From positions 101,331-165,330 of the forward strand of contig CAWBVP010000002.1 in NCBI GenBank assembly GCA_963792265.1: DNA of 64,000 nucleotides. The letters are read 5' to 3'. The notes beneath the pieces are model-generated. The model was not told where the DNA came from, searched no databases, and worked only from the letters and a program-made list of their open reading frames with translations. A program made the position numbers and the translations under genes. This stretch comes from an uncultured Gemmatimonadales bacterium. GTDB taxonomy: Bacteria > Gemmatimonadota > Gemmatimonadetes > Gemmatimonadales > GWC2-71-9. Shown in pieces: positions 31,462 to 42,664 of the stretch (position 1 is the stretch's first letter; the number at the start of each line of letters is the position of its first letter).

Positions 31462-32225
31462 GCGGCGGGCTGCTGGCGCGGCTGAAGTCCGGGTTGACCG
31501 AGCGGGGGGATTTCGGAGAAGTGCTGTCCTCACCCTGGGCGACGCTCTCCGCCCGGGAAGTGGCGGAACGGCCAGTGTACCTGGAGCGCACCGGCCGGGT
31601 GCGGTTGGGCGACCTCTTCGAGCTCACCGGTGAACCCGGTGGCAAAATCCGCTTCGTCGGCGACCTTTCCAACGCCGATCGCGTGGCCGCCGGACTCACC
31701 GAGGGCGAGGTCACCATAGAAGGAAGCGTGGGCCAGGAAGCCGGCCTGGCGCTCGCGGGCGGATCCCTGGACATCGAGGGCGACGCCGGGCCTCGGGCCG
31801 GCGCGGCCCCGCTGGGCTACAAGCGAGGCATGACCGGCGGGGAGCTGATCGTACGGGGCTCTGCCGGTCCCGAGGCCGGAGCCGGCATGCGCCGGGGCCT
31901 GCTCGTCATTGCCAAGAGCGCGGGCGAGCGCACCGGCCTCGGGATGATCGCCGGGACGGTGGTCGTTCTCGGCACGGCCGGCCGGGAGACCGGACTGTGG
32001 TCCAAGCGCGGCTCGGTTGTCGCTCTGGGCCGGATCACGCCACCGGCTACATATGTATTGGCCTGCACCTATCAGCCCACCGTGCTTCGACTACTGCTCA
32101 GCCGCCTGAGCAGTCGATATGGGCTGGCGGTCCAGCGGAAGCACCTCAACGGTTTCTATCGGCGGTATAGTGGAGACATGGCCGAGCTGGGTAAGGGAGA
32201 GATCCTCGAATGGGTAGCCAAATGA
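31458..32225 (+). CDS. fhcC: formyltransferase/hydrolase complex subunit C (FwdC-like)
   Basis: Intact 255 aa with repeated G-rich beta-helix turns (GSVGQEAG..GGSLDIEGDAG..GGELIVRGSAG). Confidence 0.9.
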   Translation: MSGGLLARLKSGLTERGDFGEVLSSPWATLSAREVAERPVYLERTGRVRLGDLFELTGEPGGKIRFVGDLSNADRVAAGLTEGEVTIEGSVGQEAGLALAGGSLDIEGDAGPRAGAAPLGYKRGMTGGELIVRGSAGPEAGAGMRRGLLVIAKSAGERTGLGMIAGTVVVLGTAGRETGLWSKRGSVVALGRITPPATYVLACTYQPTVLRLLLSRLSSRYGLAVQRKHLNGFYRRYSGDMAELGKGEILEWVAK

Positions 32226-33203
32226 CAACAGTGGAGCCGCAGGTGGAATCCCTCAGAATGAACGAGACCGCCAGCGAAATCGTGGAGAGCATGGTCGATC
32301 AGGCCGACCTGCTTCGGGTCCGCGCATCCCGTCTGCGGAAACGGTGCCCGGATCATCGATGCGGGAGTGGAGACTGATGGAGGGTACGACGCGGGACTCA
32401 TACTGGCTGAGATCTGCATGGGGGGGCTGGGAAACGTGAACTTGGGCCCGCTCCAGATCGGAAGCCAATCCTATCCCGGCGTGATCGTATGGACCGACCA
32501 TCCTGCGGTGGCGTGCATGGCTTCCCAGTACGCCGGGTGGGCAATATCGGTAGGCAAGTTCTTCGCGATGGGCTCGGGCCCGCTCCGGGCCCACGCCCGG
32601 GTAGAGCGCGAGCTGTTCGAGAAGCTGGGATACGAGGAACGCGCCGACGAAGGGGTCCTGGTGCTGGAGACGCGGACCCTACCGACCGAGGAAGTGGTCG
32701 CCTGGGTGGCGGAGAAGGCCCGGTTGCAGCCGGCCCAGCTCACCTTTGTCGTGGCTCCCACGGCCAGTCTCGCCGGCGGGGTGCAGATCTCCGCCCGCAT
32801 CGTCGAAACCGCATTGCACAAGATGGAAACCCTGGGGTTTGACGTGCGCCGGGTGGTGAGCGCCTTCGGGACCGCTCCGCTGGCTCCGCTGGCCAGGAAC
32901 GATATCAGGGCCATCGGACGCACCAACGACTGCATTCTGTACGGGGGACAGGCCCGCTTCACCATCCGGGCCGGCGACTCCGAGCTGGAACAGCTGGCTG
33001 CTCAGGTTCCGGCGTCCGCTTCACGGGACTACGGCACTCCTTTCTATGAGATCTTCCAGCGTTACGACGGCGACTTTTACAAGATCGATCCCCTGCTTTT
33101 CAGTCCCGGAGAGGTATGGCTCACCAGCACTGAGACCGGGACGACTTTCCACGCGGGCCGGCTGAACCCCGAGGTGCTGGAAGCCTCGCTCTACAAACCC
33201 TAA
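32222..33203 (+). CDS. mch: methenyl-tetrahydromethanopterin cyclohydrolase
   Basis: DGGYDAGLILAEICMGGLG, VACMASQYAGW and GRTNDCILYGG. The N-terminal ~45 aa are in another frame, starting at ATG 32222. Confidence 0.9.
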
Positions 33204-33217
33204 TCCAGGAGCATTCC

Positions 33218-34009
33218 ATGCGACGTGGCTCGAGCTGGTTGCTGGTCCCCGCGTTTGCCTTTGCCGCCGGCTGCGGCAAGACCGGCGATAAGGGAGCGGG
33301 GGCTCCTGCGTCCGACACGACGGCGGCGGCAGCGCCGGCGCCGGCCGGCCCGCAAGCGATCGTGACCGTACTCTACAACCAGCCAAAGGACACCGCTGAT
33401 TTCGAGAAGTACTATCGGACGATCCACGTTCCATTGGTCGTGTCGAATCAGGATGACATCGGGTTCACCCGGGCAGACCTGACCCGGTTCACCTCGACTG
33501 CGGATGGAAAGAAGCCGACCTACTACCGCCAGGCTGAGCTCTACTTTCCTTCAATGGAAGCGCTCAAGAAGGGTATCGCCACTCCGGGGTTCGAGAAGGT
33601 GGCCAGCGACCTGAAATATTTTGCCAGTGGCGGCTTTACCGCGATGATCGCCAGCACTACGAATTCGCACGAGCTCGGGACCGCCGATGCTCCCGCCGCC
33701 ATAGTCACGGTCATCTATAAGACTCCTAAGGACACGGCGAAGTTCGAGAAGTACTACGCGGACACCCACTTGCCACTGGTCACCGCGAAAAAGAAGGAAA
33801 TCGGCTTCGAGCGAGCGGAGCTCACCAAGTTTGACTCCAACCTGGACGGCTCGGCCCCGGCGCGTTACCGCCAGGCTGAGCTCTACTTCCCTTCCGTCGA
33901 AGCCCTCAAAAAGGGTATCGCCACTCAAGGGTTCAAGCAGGTGGCGGGCGATCTGGGCAAATTTGCCAGCGGTGGTCTCGACGCGCTGATCGGGGTGGAG
34001 ACGAAGTAG
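33218..34009 (+). CDS. lipoprotein with two tandem EthD-family (TIGR02118-like) domains
   Basis: Lipobox AFAFAAGCGK, followed by two ~100-aa repeats (IVTV[L/I]Y..PKDTA.FEKYY...H.PLV...YRQAELYFPS.EALKKGIAT.GF). Confidence 0.65.
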   Translation: MRRGSSWLLVPAFAFAAGCGKTGDKGAGAPASDTTAAAAPAPAGPQAIVTVLYNQPKDTADFEKYYRTIHVPLVVSNQDDIGFTRADLTRFTSTADGKKPTYYRQAELYFPSMEALKKGIATPGFEKVASDLKYFASGGFTAMIASTTNSHELGTADAPAAIVTVIYKTPKDTAKFEKYYADTHLPLVTAKKKEIGFERAELTKFDSNLDGSAPARYRQAELYFPSVEALKKGIATQGFKQVAGDLGKFASGGLDALIGVETK

Positions 34010-34011
34010 CT

Positions 34012-34881
34012 GTGAAACTGGTTGTCCTTGCAGCTCGGCCGGGTTGGCATACTCGCGAGCTGGAGCGAGCCGCGTCCGAGCGAGGACACCAGGCCGCCGT
34101 GCTACCATACGAGGGGCTGGTCGCGAAGATTGGGCCAGCCCCCGGCCTTCGAAGCCTCCAGACCGAGCTCGACAGCGCTGACGCCGTGCTGGCGCGCATC
34201 ATCCCCTCCGGCACGCTGGAGCAGATCATCTTCCGGGTCGACGCGCTGCATCGGCTGGAAGACCGGAGCGTCCGGGTAGTGAACTCGCCTCGGGCCATCG
34301 AGCGGACGGTCGACAAGTTCTGGACTTCCACGCTCCTCGAGCGCTGTGGCCTCCCCACACCAGAGACCATCGTCTGCGAGAGCTCCGAGGAGGCGTTTGC
34401 CGGCTTTCGGGCGCTGGGCGACGTGATCGTGAAGCCACTCTTCGGCTCCATGGGGCTCGGCATGGTGCGGGTCAGCGACGAGGAAATGGCCTATCGCGTC
34501 TTCCGCACTATCGAGCAGATCCGTGGGGTCTATTACCTGCAGCGAGCCATCGACCATGAAGGGGCGGACATCCGCGCCTTTGTGATCGGCGGCCGCCTGA
34601 TCGGCGCGATCGAGCGCCGCTCCGAGGGGTGGCGGACCAACCTGGCCCGGGGCGGCACGGCCCGAAGCGTATCGTTGACTCCTGAGCTCACCAGTCTCGC
34701 TCTTCGGGCAGCGTCTGCGGTTGGGGCGGAGTACGCCGGGGTGGATCTGCTGACCGGACAGGACGGAATTACGTACGTGCTGGAAGTGAACGGGATTCCA
34801 GGATGGAAGGGATTACAGCAGGCGACCGGACTCGACGTCGCGGGAAGCCTGGTCGATTATCTCGCGCTGCCCCCGCGGTGA
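34012..34881 (+). CDS. mptN: RimK-type ATP-grasp ligase (tetrahydromethanopterin:alpha-L-glutamate ligase-like)
   Basis: Intact 289 aa with VVNSPRAIERTVDKFWT, VIVKPLFGSMGLGM and EVNGIPGWKG. Confidence 0.8.
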   Translation: MKLVVLAARPGWHTRELERAASERGHQAAVLPYEGLVAKIGPAPGLRSLQTELDSADAVLARIIPSGTLEQIIFRVDALHRLEDRSVRVVNSPRAIERTVDKFWTSTLLERCGLPTPETIVCESSEEAFAGFRALGDVIVKPLFGSMGLGMVRVSDEEMAYRVFRTIEQIRGVYYLQRAIDHEGADIRAFVIGGRLIGAIERRSEGWRTNLARGGTARSVSLTPELTSLALRAASAVGAEYAGVDLLTGQDGITYVLEVNGIPGWKGLQQATGLDVAGSLVDYLALPPR

Positions 34882-35727
34882 CCACTCCCGCCGAAGTGGC
34901 GGCCGCCGGCCAACTGGCATGCCTGCTGGAAGTGAGCGCGCCCAAACCGGGGAATGTCTCGCCCGAGCGTCACTTTCACGATACCCGATACGAAGATTTT
35001 CTGGCCAGCGCTGTCGCCATCGGCCCCGCGCTGGCCGAGGCCGGCCGGCAGCCGCTGGGGCGCATCATTCGCCGCGCCGTGGAAGACACCCTGCGTTGGA
35101 CCCGATCCAACACCAACCTCGGCATTGTGCTTCTGCTGGCGCCGCTCGCGCGGGCGGCCCTCGTGGAAGGGGGTACGTTGCGGCAGCGGGTAAGCCGGAT
35201 ACTGACTGAGACGACCGTCGACGACGCGGCCGAAGTATACGCCGCCATTCGTCAGGCGCGGCCGGGCGGCCTGGGGGAATCGCAAGGCAGAGGACGTGGC
35301 CGCCGCGCCTACGGTGCCGCTGCGAGATGCCATGGCGCTCGCGGCAGAGCGGGACGCCATCGCCCGGGAGTACGTCACCGACTTTGCGCTCACCTTCGAC
35401 ACCGGAGTACCGGCACTCCTGGCCGCTCGTCGCGCGGGCCTCCCCTGGACCGACGCCGCGGTGGAAGCCTACCTGACCTTGCTGGAGACTGTCGCCGACA
35501 CTCATATAGCACGTAAGCTCGGGCCGGCCGAGGCAGCAGCGGTTTCCCGCCGGGCACGCGAGGTACGGGCGGCCGGTGGTACTCGGTCCGAAGCCGGCCG
35601 AAAGGCCCTGGCGGGGCTGGACGCCGAGTTGCGCGATCCCCGAAACCGGCGTAATCCAGGTACGACGGCAGATCTCACATGCGCCTCGTTATTCGTCGTT
35701 ATACTTGAAGGTGGATGGGATCGTTAG
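34878..35727 (+). CDS. triphosphoribosyl-dephospho-CoA synthase (CitG)-like protein
   Basis: LLEVSAPKPGNVSP, SNTNLGIVLLLAPL and NPGTTADL. The start is a GTGA overlap. There is a frameshift near 35290. Confidence 0.75.
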
Positions 35728-35737
35728 GAGAACCGCT

Positions 35738-36241
35738 GTGCAGAGCAACTTCCGGGTCCAGGTCAGCAAAGATTATCTGGTATTCGCTTCGGCCCACTTC
35801 ATCACCTTCAAAGGGCATCAGTGCGAGTCGCTGCACGGCCACAACTACCGGGTCGGGGTGGCGGTCGAGGGCACGGTAGATTCGGAGTGTCTCTTCGTAC
35901 TGGACTTCAGCGTGCTGAAGCAGATCACCCGCCAACTGGTGGATGCAATCGACCACAAGGTGCTGTTACCCACCCTCAATCCCAAGCTCGCGTATCGGGA
36001 GGAGGGTGACCGGGTTGCGGTCGACTACTTCGGGCAGCCAACCTACGTGTTTCCTCGGCGCGACTGCGCTCTGATTCCGATTCCTAACAGCACGGCTGAG
36101 ATGCTGGCGCAGTACCTTGGCATCCAGGTGCGGCAGGAGCTGGCCAACCGGGGCTACACCCATCTGACCAGCGTCGAGCTGGAGGTGGAAGAGAACTACG
36201 GCCAATCGGCCACCTACCGGGAAGCGCTCGTCCCCGACTGA
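35738..36241 (+). CDS. 6-pyruvoyl-tetrahydropterin synthase family (COG0720) protein
   Basis: FASAHFITFKGHQCESLHGHNY carries a C-E-x-x-H-G-H motif. The start is GTG with an AGGAG RBS. Confidence 0.85.
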   Translation: MQSNFRVQVSKDYLVFASAHFITFKGHQCESLHGHNYRVGVAVEGTVDSECLFVLDFSVLKQITRQLVDAIDHKVLLPTLNPKLAYREEGDRVAVDYFGQPTYVFPRRDCALIPIPNSTAEMLAQYLGIQVRQELANRGYTHLTSVELEVEENYGQSATYREALVPD

Positions 36242-36245
36242 CCGG

Positions 36246-37007
36246 TCAGTTGGAAACGGCGGCGAGATCCGCCGCGGAGAGCCGGCCGTTGTGGATGGCA
36301 CTGGCCACCAGCGCGGCGTCGCAGCCCGTATCCCGCATCCGTTCCAGGTCGCGCCGAGTGAGGATCCCGCCCCCGGCCAGAAGCCGGATATCAGGCAAGC
36401 GGCGTCGCAGTGATTCGAGCAGACCAAGATCTACTCCGCATCCTGTTCCGACCCGACCGAGATCCAAAGCCAACAGCGTCCCGGCGCCGGCCGCAGCCGC
36501 CTGCTCGGCCAAGTGAAGCGCGTCGGGGCCGGGCCCCTGGGCATCCTGCATGGCCGGATGAAGAATGGGGCTGCCCAACCGGAGATCGAGACTGAACACG
36601 ACCTGGCTCGGGCCCACCGCCGCGACGATCGCCACCAAATCCGCAAAGGCGGGCAGCGTTTCCAGCCCCACGACCACCTGGCTCGCACCAGAGGAGAGGA
36701 GCTCGACCGCGCCGTCGGGCCGGTGGGTGCCGGCGTCTACCAATAGCGCGCCGTCAAATCCGGTGTGAAACTCTGCCAGCTCCCGAAGCAGAGCTCGCTG
36801 GACCGCGCCACCTTGAATGGCGTCGAGGTCCGCGACGTAACACTCATGGATCCCGAGGGTGGCATGAAAGGCACGCAGCAACGCGAGCGGATCTCCCACC
36901 CGCCCGGGCGTGAGGCCCGACTCGAGTGGAGCATACCGGCTGCGCTCGCCGGCCTGCGCATGCACCGCTATTCCCCCAGCCAGATCCAGCACCGGAATGA
37001 TCTGCAT
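36246..37007 (-). CDS. HisA/HisF-family TIM-barrel protein of H4MPT clusters
   Basis: Intact 253 aa with MQIIPVLDLAGGIAVH, YVADLDAI and LLAGGGI. Confidence 0.75.
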   Translation of the reverse strand: MQIIPVLDLAGGIAVHAQAGERSRYAPLESGLTPGRVGDPLALLRAFHATLGIHECYVADLDAIQGGAVQRALLRELAEFHTGFDGALLVDAGTHRPDGAVELLSSGASQVVVGLETLPAFADLVAIVAAVGPSQVVFSLDLRLGSPILHPAMQDAQGPGPDALHLAEQAAAAGAGTLLALDLGRVGTGCGVDLGLLESLRRRLPDIRLLAGGGILTRRDLERMRDTGCDAALVASAIHNGRLSAADLAAVSN

Positions 37008-37033
37008 GGCTCTCTAGTTTCTACGGCCCCTGA

Positions 37034-38084
37034 ATGAGCGGCACATCGGCGTACCTGGGTTGGGACATCGGCGGGGTCAACACCAAGGCTGCCCGGCTGG
37101 AGACCGAATCGGGCGGCCCGATTTTCAGGAGTCTGTGCCTGCCGTATGAGTTCCAGCGGGAGCCGCAGGCGCTTGGTGCACGCCTGCTGTCAGTGGCGCA
37201 GCAGCTCGGCGCCGCGGCGGATGACTCCCATGCGGTGACCATGACCGCGGAGCTCTCCCAGGCGTTTCGCACCAAGCGGGAAGGGATCGGCTTCATTCTC
37301 GACGCCCTCGAAGCAGTGTTCCCTCCGGACCGTCTGCACGTATACACCGTGGACGGATCGATTCGTCAGCCCCCGAGAAGCCCGGGAAATGCCCATGACT
37401 GTGGCGGCCTCGAACTGGGCGGCTACGGCCAACTGGGTAGCGCAATCGGTGCCCACCTGCATGTTGATCGACATCGGCACCACTTCGACCGATGTCATTC
37501 CGATCGTCGGGGGAAGGTTAGCGGCCGAGGGTCGTACCGACCCGGAACGGTTGCTGAGTGGAGAGCTGGTCTACACCGGTGCGCTGCGTACACCCGCTGA
37601 GGCGGTGGCTCAAAGAGTCCCGCTCTGGAATCGAGAAGCGACCGTGTCGGCCGAAGGCTTTGCGCTCATCGGTGACGCGTATCTCTGGCTCGGTCGACTG
37701 AGTCCCGCAGATTATACCTGCCCCACCCCCGACGGCCGCCCGGCAACCCGCGAGTTTGCCGGGGAACGCCTCGCCCGGGTCGTCTGCGCCGACCGGGACA
37801 TGCTGGACGATTCCGCCATCGATGCCATTGCCGCCGCATTGGCCGAGGCACAGCTCCGCGCGATCACGGCGGCAATTCGCCGGCTTTGCCGGAGCCGGCC
37901 GGAGATCACTGCGGCCGTGGTGACGGGTTTGGGCGACTTTATTGCCGCGGAGGCCGCGCGCACTGCCGGACTCAAGGTCATTCCACTGGCCGAGCGAATG
38001 GGAGACGCCGCTCGAACCGCGCCCGCCGCAGCCGTGGCGGGGTTGCTCCGCCAAAGTCTCGACGGAGCAGCCCGACCAGCATGA
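37034..38084 (+). CDS. hydantoinase/oxoprolinase-like H4MPT-linked C1 transfer pathway protein
   Basis: LGWDIGGVNTKAA, LIDIGTTSTDVIPI and YTGALRTP. There is a frameshift near 37380. Confidence 0.7.
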
Positions 38085-38628
38085 TCGTCATCAAGGTCGG
38101 GGGGTCGCTGGCAACGATCCCGCAGGCCCTCGATCGGGTGGGTCGCGAGCTCGCCCGCGCGTCGCGGAATCATCGTCTCCTGATCATTCCAGGCGGTGGC
38201 CCGTTCGCCGACAGCGTGCGGGAGTTCGAGCGTCAGGTAGGGCATGTCTTCCGATGCGGCGCACTGGATGGCGATTTTGGCCATGGATCAATACGCCCAC
38301 GTGCTCTCCGAGCGAATTGAGAATGCAGTGCTGGTGGATGAGCCGGGTACGGTTGCAGAAGTGGTGGCGCTCGGCCGCCCGGCGGTGCTGGCGCCTTCCC
38401 GCTGGATGCGCTCGGCCGACGTTCTCCCCCACACCTGGGAGGTGACCAGCGACAGCATAGCCGCATTCGTGGCTGGGGCCCTGGATGCAGCGCGCCTGAT
38501 TCTGATCAAGCCGACTGCGGTGGGGACGGTGGATGCGTACTTCACCACTGCTCTGCCTGCAGGGACTGCCGTACTCGGTTATTGGATACGACCGGATCGA
38601 ACAGTTGGGCCGGCGGCTCAGCGAGTAG
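38081..38628 (+). CDS. amino-acid (Asp/Glu/uridylate) kinase family protein of H4MPT clusters
   Basis: MIVIKVGGSL..LIIPGGGPFAD. It continues in ORF 38244-. The reconstructed end ...DRIEQLGRRLSE stops at 38626-38628. Confidence 0.6.
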
Positions 38629-41600
38629 ACCGCAGCCGCCGAGTGCGGGCCGCTGTTGCCGGAGCGCTTGCGGGCCAGATGATCGACGAAGCGGTCGCTG
38701 GGTACCGGCCGGCCGACCAGGTAACCCTGGACCTCGTCGCAACCCTGCTTCTGCAGCAGGGTCAGGTGCGCCTCGGTCTCCACTCCCTCCGCAATCACTC
38801 GCAGGCCCAGCGCATGTCCCATGGCGATGATCGCCGTGGTGATCGCCGCGTCATCGGGGTGAATGGCGATCTCCCGGATGAAGGACCGGTCGATCTTGAG
38901 CGTGTCCAGCGGGAAGTGCTTCAGGTAACTGAAGGAGGAATAGCCGGTCCCGAAGTCGTCCACCGCCAGGTGGAGACCCATGGCCCGGAGTGCGTGCAAC
39001 GCCTCGGTGCCCTCCTTGTGGTGGTTCACCAGGACGCTCTCGGTGAGCTCGAGGCTGAGGTACCGGGGCTCCAGCCCGCTGATCTGTAGCGCGCGGCCGA
39101 TGGTCTCGGTCAGCGTCCGCTTCAGCTGCCGGCTGGAGAGATTCACTCCGACCCGGATGCGGGGCAGGCCGGCGTCCTGCCAGGCTCGGTTCTGCAGGCA
39201 GGCGCTCTGCAGAATCCACTCGCCCATCGGAACGATCAGGCCGTTCTCCTCCGCGATCGGAATGAACTCGGAGGGGAGGAGCAGACCCAGCTCGGGATGA
39301 CGCCAACGCAGCAACGCCTCCGCGCCGACAACGGTACTGGTGTAGGCGTCGACGATCGGCTGGTAGTGGACCTCGAACTCGTTGCGCTCCAGCGCCCGCC
39401 GGAGATCGTTCTCCAGGGTCATCCGCTGAAGGGCGGTTGTGGTCATGGACTTGGAGTAGGTCTGATAGCTGCTGCCCCCCTGCTCTTTGGCCTTGTACAT
39501 CGCGGTGTCGGCGTGCATCAGCAGGGTATCGATGTCCTCGCCGTCATAGGGTAGATGGCGATGCCGATGCTGGCGTTGACGAAGATCTCGTGGGTGCCCA
39601 CCCGCACCGGCTGGGCAAAGCTGGAGAGGATCCGGCGGGCCAGCTTGGCCGCATCCTGGGCGTCGTGCAGCCCCGGCATGATGACGGTGAACTCGTCACC
39701 GCCCAGCCGGGCGACTTCAGGCGCCAGCGTGGTCACGGCCGGTCCCACCTCGTCTTCCCGTTCCCGGCAGCAGGAGCGAAGCCGGGACGCGACGTGCCGC
39801 AGGAGCTGGTCTCCCACCTCGTGGCCCAGGGTGTCGTTGATCCGGCTGAAATGGTCCAGGTCGATGAAGAACGCCGCCACCAGCCGCTGGTTCCGGCTGG
39901 CCTGCTCCAGGGCATAGGCCAGCCGCTCCTTGTACGAGAGGCGGTTGGGCAGACCGGTCAGGCTGTCGTAGTACGCCAGCTCCCGGACCTGCTCCAGCAT
40001 TCGCGCGTTGGCCAGCGCGACGGCCGCCTGGTCCGCCAGCCGGCGCATCTGCACCCGGTCTTCTTCGGTCGGCGCCAGATCGAATCGCTCTCCCAGGGCC
40101 ATGATGCCGGACAGCTGCCGTTGGTATGAGCAGCGGAAGCACCACGAATGATGCGGCGCCCAGCGCCGCCAGCGGCAGCGAGATAGCTGGGCACGGTCTC
40201 ACCGGACCGCAGCACGAACACCTCAGGGCCAATGAGCAGTGCTTGAACATCCGAAGGCCGGAGGCCGATCCGCTCGACTCGGCGGTGGCCGCCGTTTTCG
40301 TAATCCTGGATCACGCTGGTCAGAGACTTGGCGCCGTCGGGCACGCCCAGGGTCACGCTGACCATGCTGCAGGGGAACACGTCCCGGATCCGGCCCAGCA
40401 CGGTGTCCACGATGGTGGTGGCGTCGGTGGCCGAAAGCACCGCCCGGTCGATCTCCGCGGCGGTGGCGAGGGCATTGAATTGCCGGCCGAGCTGGGTGGC
40501 CATGGTGTTGAAGGAAGACGCCAGCTGCTCGAACTCATCCCGGCTGGTCACCGTCACCCGGCTGGTGAAGTCGCGCTGGGCAATACGGCGGGTGCCCTTC
40601 TGCAGCTCCTCCAGCGGCAGCACGCTGCGACGGATCTGGCTCATGCTGAGCAGCAGCACGGCCAGGCTGGAGAGGCCGGTCACCAGGAGGAAGGTGTTGG
40701 TGAACTCCACCATCGGCTCCAGCACCTGCTCCTTGGACTCGCTGAACACCACGGTCCAGGGCTGGGCCGCAAAGGCCGCGTCCAGCGCGATGGCGGACGA
40801 CGCTGTCAGGTAGTACTCGCTGGGGGCCACAGCTTTGATCGTGTCCCGAGGCATCCACACCGTTTGCGGCATCGCTCGGGGACGTGGAAGCGGCGACTTG
40901 GTCGAGCTGAAGAGCAGGTGCGAGGATTCGTCGAGCACGGCCATCCGGGTCGTGGGCGACGGCAGGCTCTGATCCAGGTTGCTCCACAGATATTCGGGAC
41001 TGACCTCCCCCACAAACGTGCCCCGCACCTCGCCCCGGCGAACCAGCCGGCGCAGCAGATAGACCCGCGAGCCTTCCGCGTTGCTGTGGACCACGGTAAT
41101 GAGTGGCAGTCCCAGCCGGAGATCGGAGCTGTCTCGAGCCGTAAGCCGGGGGCGGCGAGTGAGCCGGCCGAAAATCTCGACTCCTTTGCCGTCATCGCCG
41201 ATGAACTCCACGGCCACGAACCGCTGCCGGGCCAGCAGGTCGAGACCCGCGATCAGCGCCTTACTGGCTTCGATGAGCTCGGTCCGGCGGCGCGCGTTGT
41301 CGCTGGCGGTGGCCGTGGCCGCTTTGCGGTTACGGTCGAGCAGAACACCACCCATAGCCACCCGGCCATCGAGTGGACCGGCCTGGGTCTGATTCCCCAG
41401 CCGGGCGCGAGCGGAAATCTTCGGGTTGGCTTGCCACCGGCGGCATCCGCTTGGCGGCATTCAGCTGGATAATGGCGCTGGGAGGAATGCTCTTCAGCGT
41501 CGCGTCGAGCAGCAGCAGCCGCTCGAAGATGGACTGGGCCACAGCGACATTGGCCTGCTTGAGCCCACTCTCGCTCTGCCGGTAGAGCTGCTGTTTAACG

Positions 41601-41776
41601 TGACGGTAGGACAGGACGGCAAGCACCGCCATCGGGACCAGTGCACAGCCGACGAAAAGAATCAGTAGCCGACGCCCGAACCTGCTCCGTAGCGGTGTGG
41701 ACGGCAGAGTCACATTCGAGCCCGGGCTGGGGAGAAACGGAACCCTAGAGAGCCGCAGCCTCCGGTTCCCGAGCAA
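38618..41776 (-). CDS. membrane sensor - HAMP - GAF-like - GGDEF - EAL protein
   Basis: N-terminal TM segment and periplasmic region, HAMP (ELQKGTRRIAQRDF), RLGGDEFTV for GGDEF, and EAL features (ALLRWRHPELG, LELTES, DDFGTGYSS, QGYL). There are at least 3 frameshifts, and the 3' end is approximate. Confidence 0.85.
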
Positions 41777-41886
41777 GTGTTATGCCCCCGAGCGATCCCC
41801 CTAAGCGTTGAGTTTGTGGAAGTTAGGGTACCTCGCGGCCGCTAGAAATCGCCCCGGGATCACGCGTTTCGCCACCCATGCCGCCA

Positions 41887-42631
41887 CTAGGAAAAACGGC
41901 TCCCCTGAACGGATCCCGAACCAAGCCCGACCTGTTCGCGCAAAGCCTGAACCCGGCTCGGGTTGACCCGGCCGTCCCGGCCCCCGTCGCAGGCGGCTCC
42001 GCGGAACCCCACCACATCGGGATCCGCCCTGCCGATCAAGGCCGATGTCCTCCAGCTTCAGCTCCCCTGCCAGAGCGGTCAATAACGCCGCCTCCTTCCC
42101 GCGAATGACCCAGCGCTCCAGGGCGACCTGGTCCATCCAACCGAGCAGACCACGGCCATCCTTCATAGAGGTATCGAGCAGCACCCCCGCCGCGCCTTGA
42201 GTGACCGCGATGTCTCTCAACGCTTCGGGCAAGGTACCTCCCGCCCGGGCCGAGTCGGCATAGGCAACCACCACGATGCGAGGTGAAGCCTGGTGCCGCT
42301 CCGCTGCTGCGACAGCTCTCGCGATCATGGTTTCGAGCCGGTTCCGCGCGATCACCCCGGCAAAGCCGAGCTTGAAGTAGAGCGGAGCGAGCCGGGGCGA
42401 TATGGACACCGAGGTGATCGCTTCTTCTACCGCGGCAGGGTCGGCAAAATCTCCCAATGCAACGCTGAGGGCCTGGTCTGGAGGGATCCGAGCAACGATC
42501 TCGGCGAGCACGGCGGGCGATACGGCTCCCAGGGAGCCGCGGCCCGGCTCCTTGGCGTCGATGATGTCGGCACCGCCCTTCAGAGCGGGTTCCACCTCCG
42601 CTCCTGACCTCACACTCACCAACAACTCCAT
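41887..42631 (-). CDS. DUF556 / MfnB-like (5-formylfuran-3-yl)methyl phosphate synthase homolog
   Basis: MELLVSVRSGAEVEPALKGGADIIDAKEP. After a frameshift near 42035 the tail reads GRADPDVVGFRGAACDGGRDGRV. Confidence 0.75.
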
Positions 42632-42664
42632 GCCCGCTCCCTTGTAAGATGCTAAGGCGCTGAT

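Noticed and set aside
38184-38617. 145-aa C-terminal tail of the EAL ORF running antisense through the kinase gene.
   Set aside because: The tail has no EAL-family similarity. A 1-nt shift gives a stop at 38618 right after the EAL domain, and the kinase gene on the plus strand has clear family matches.
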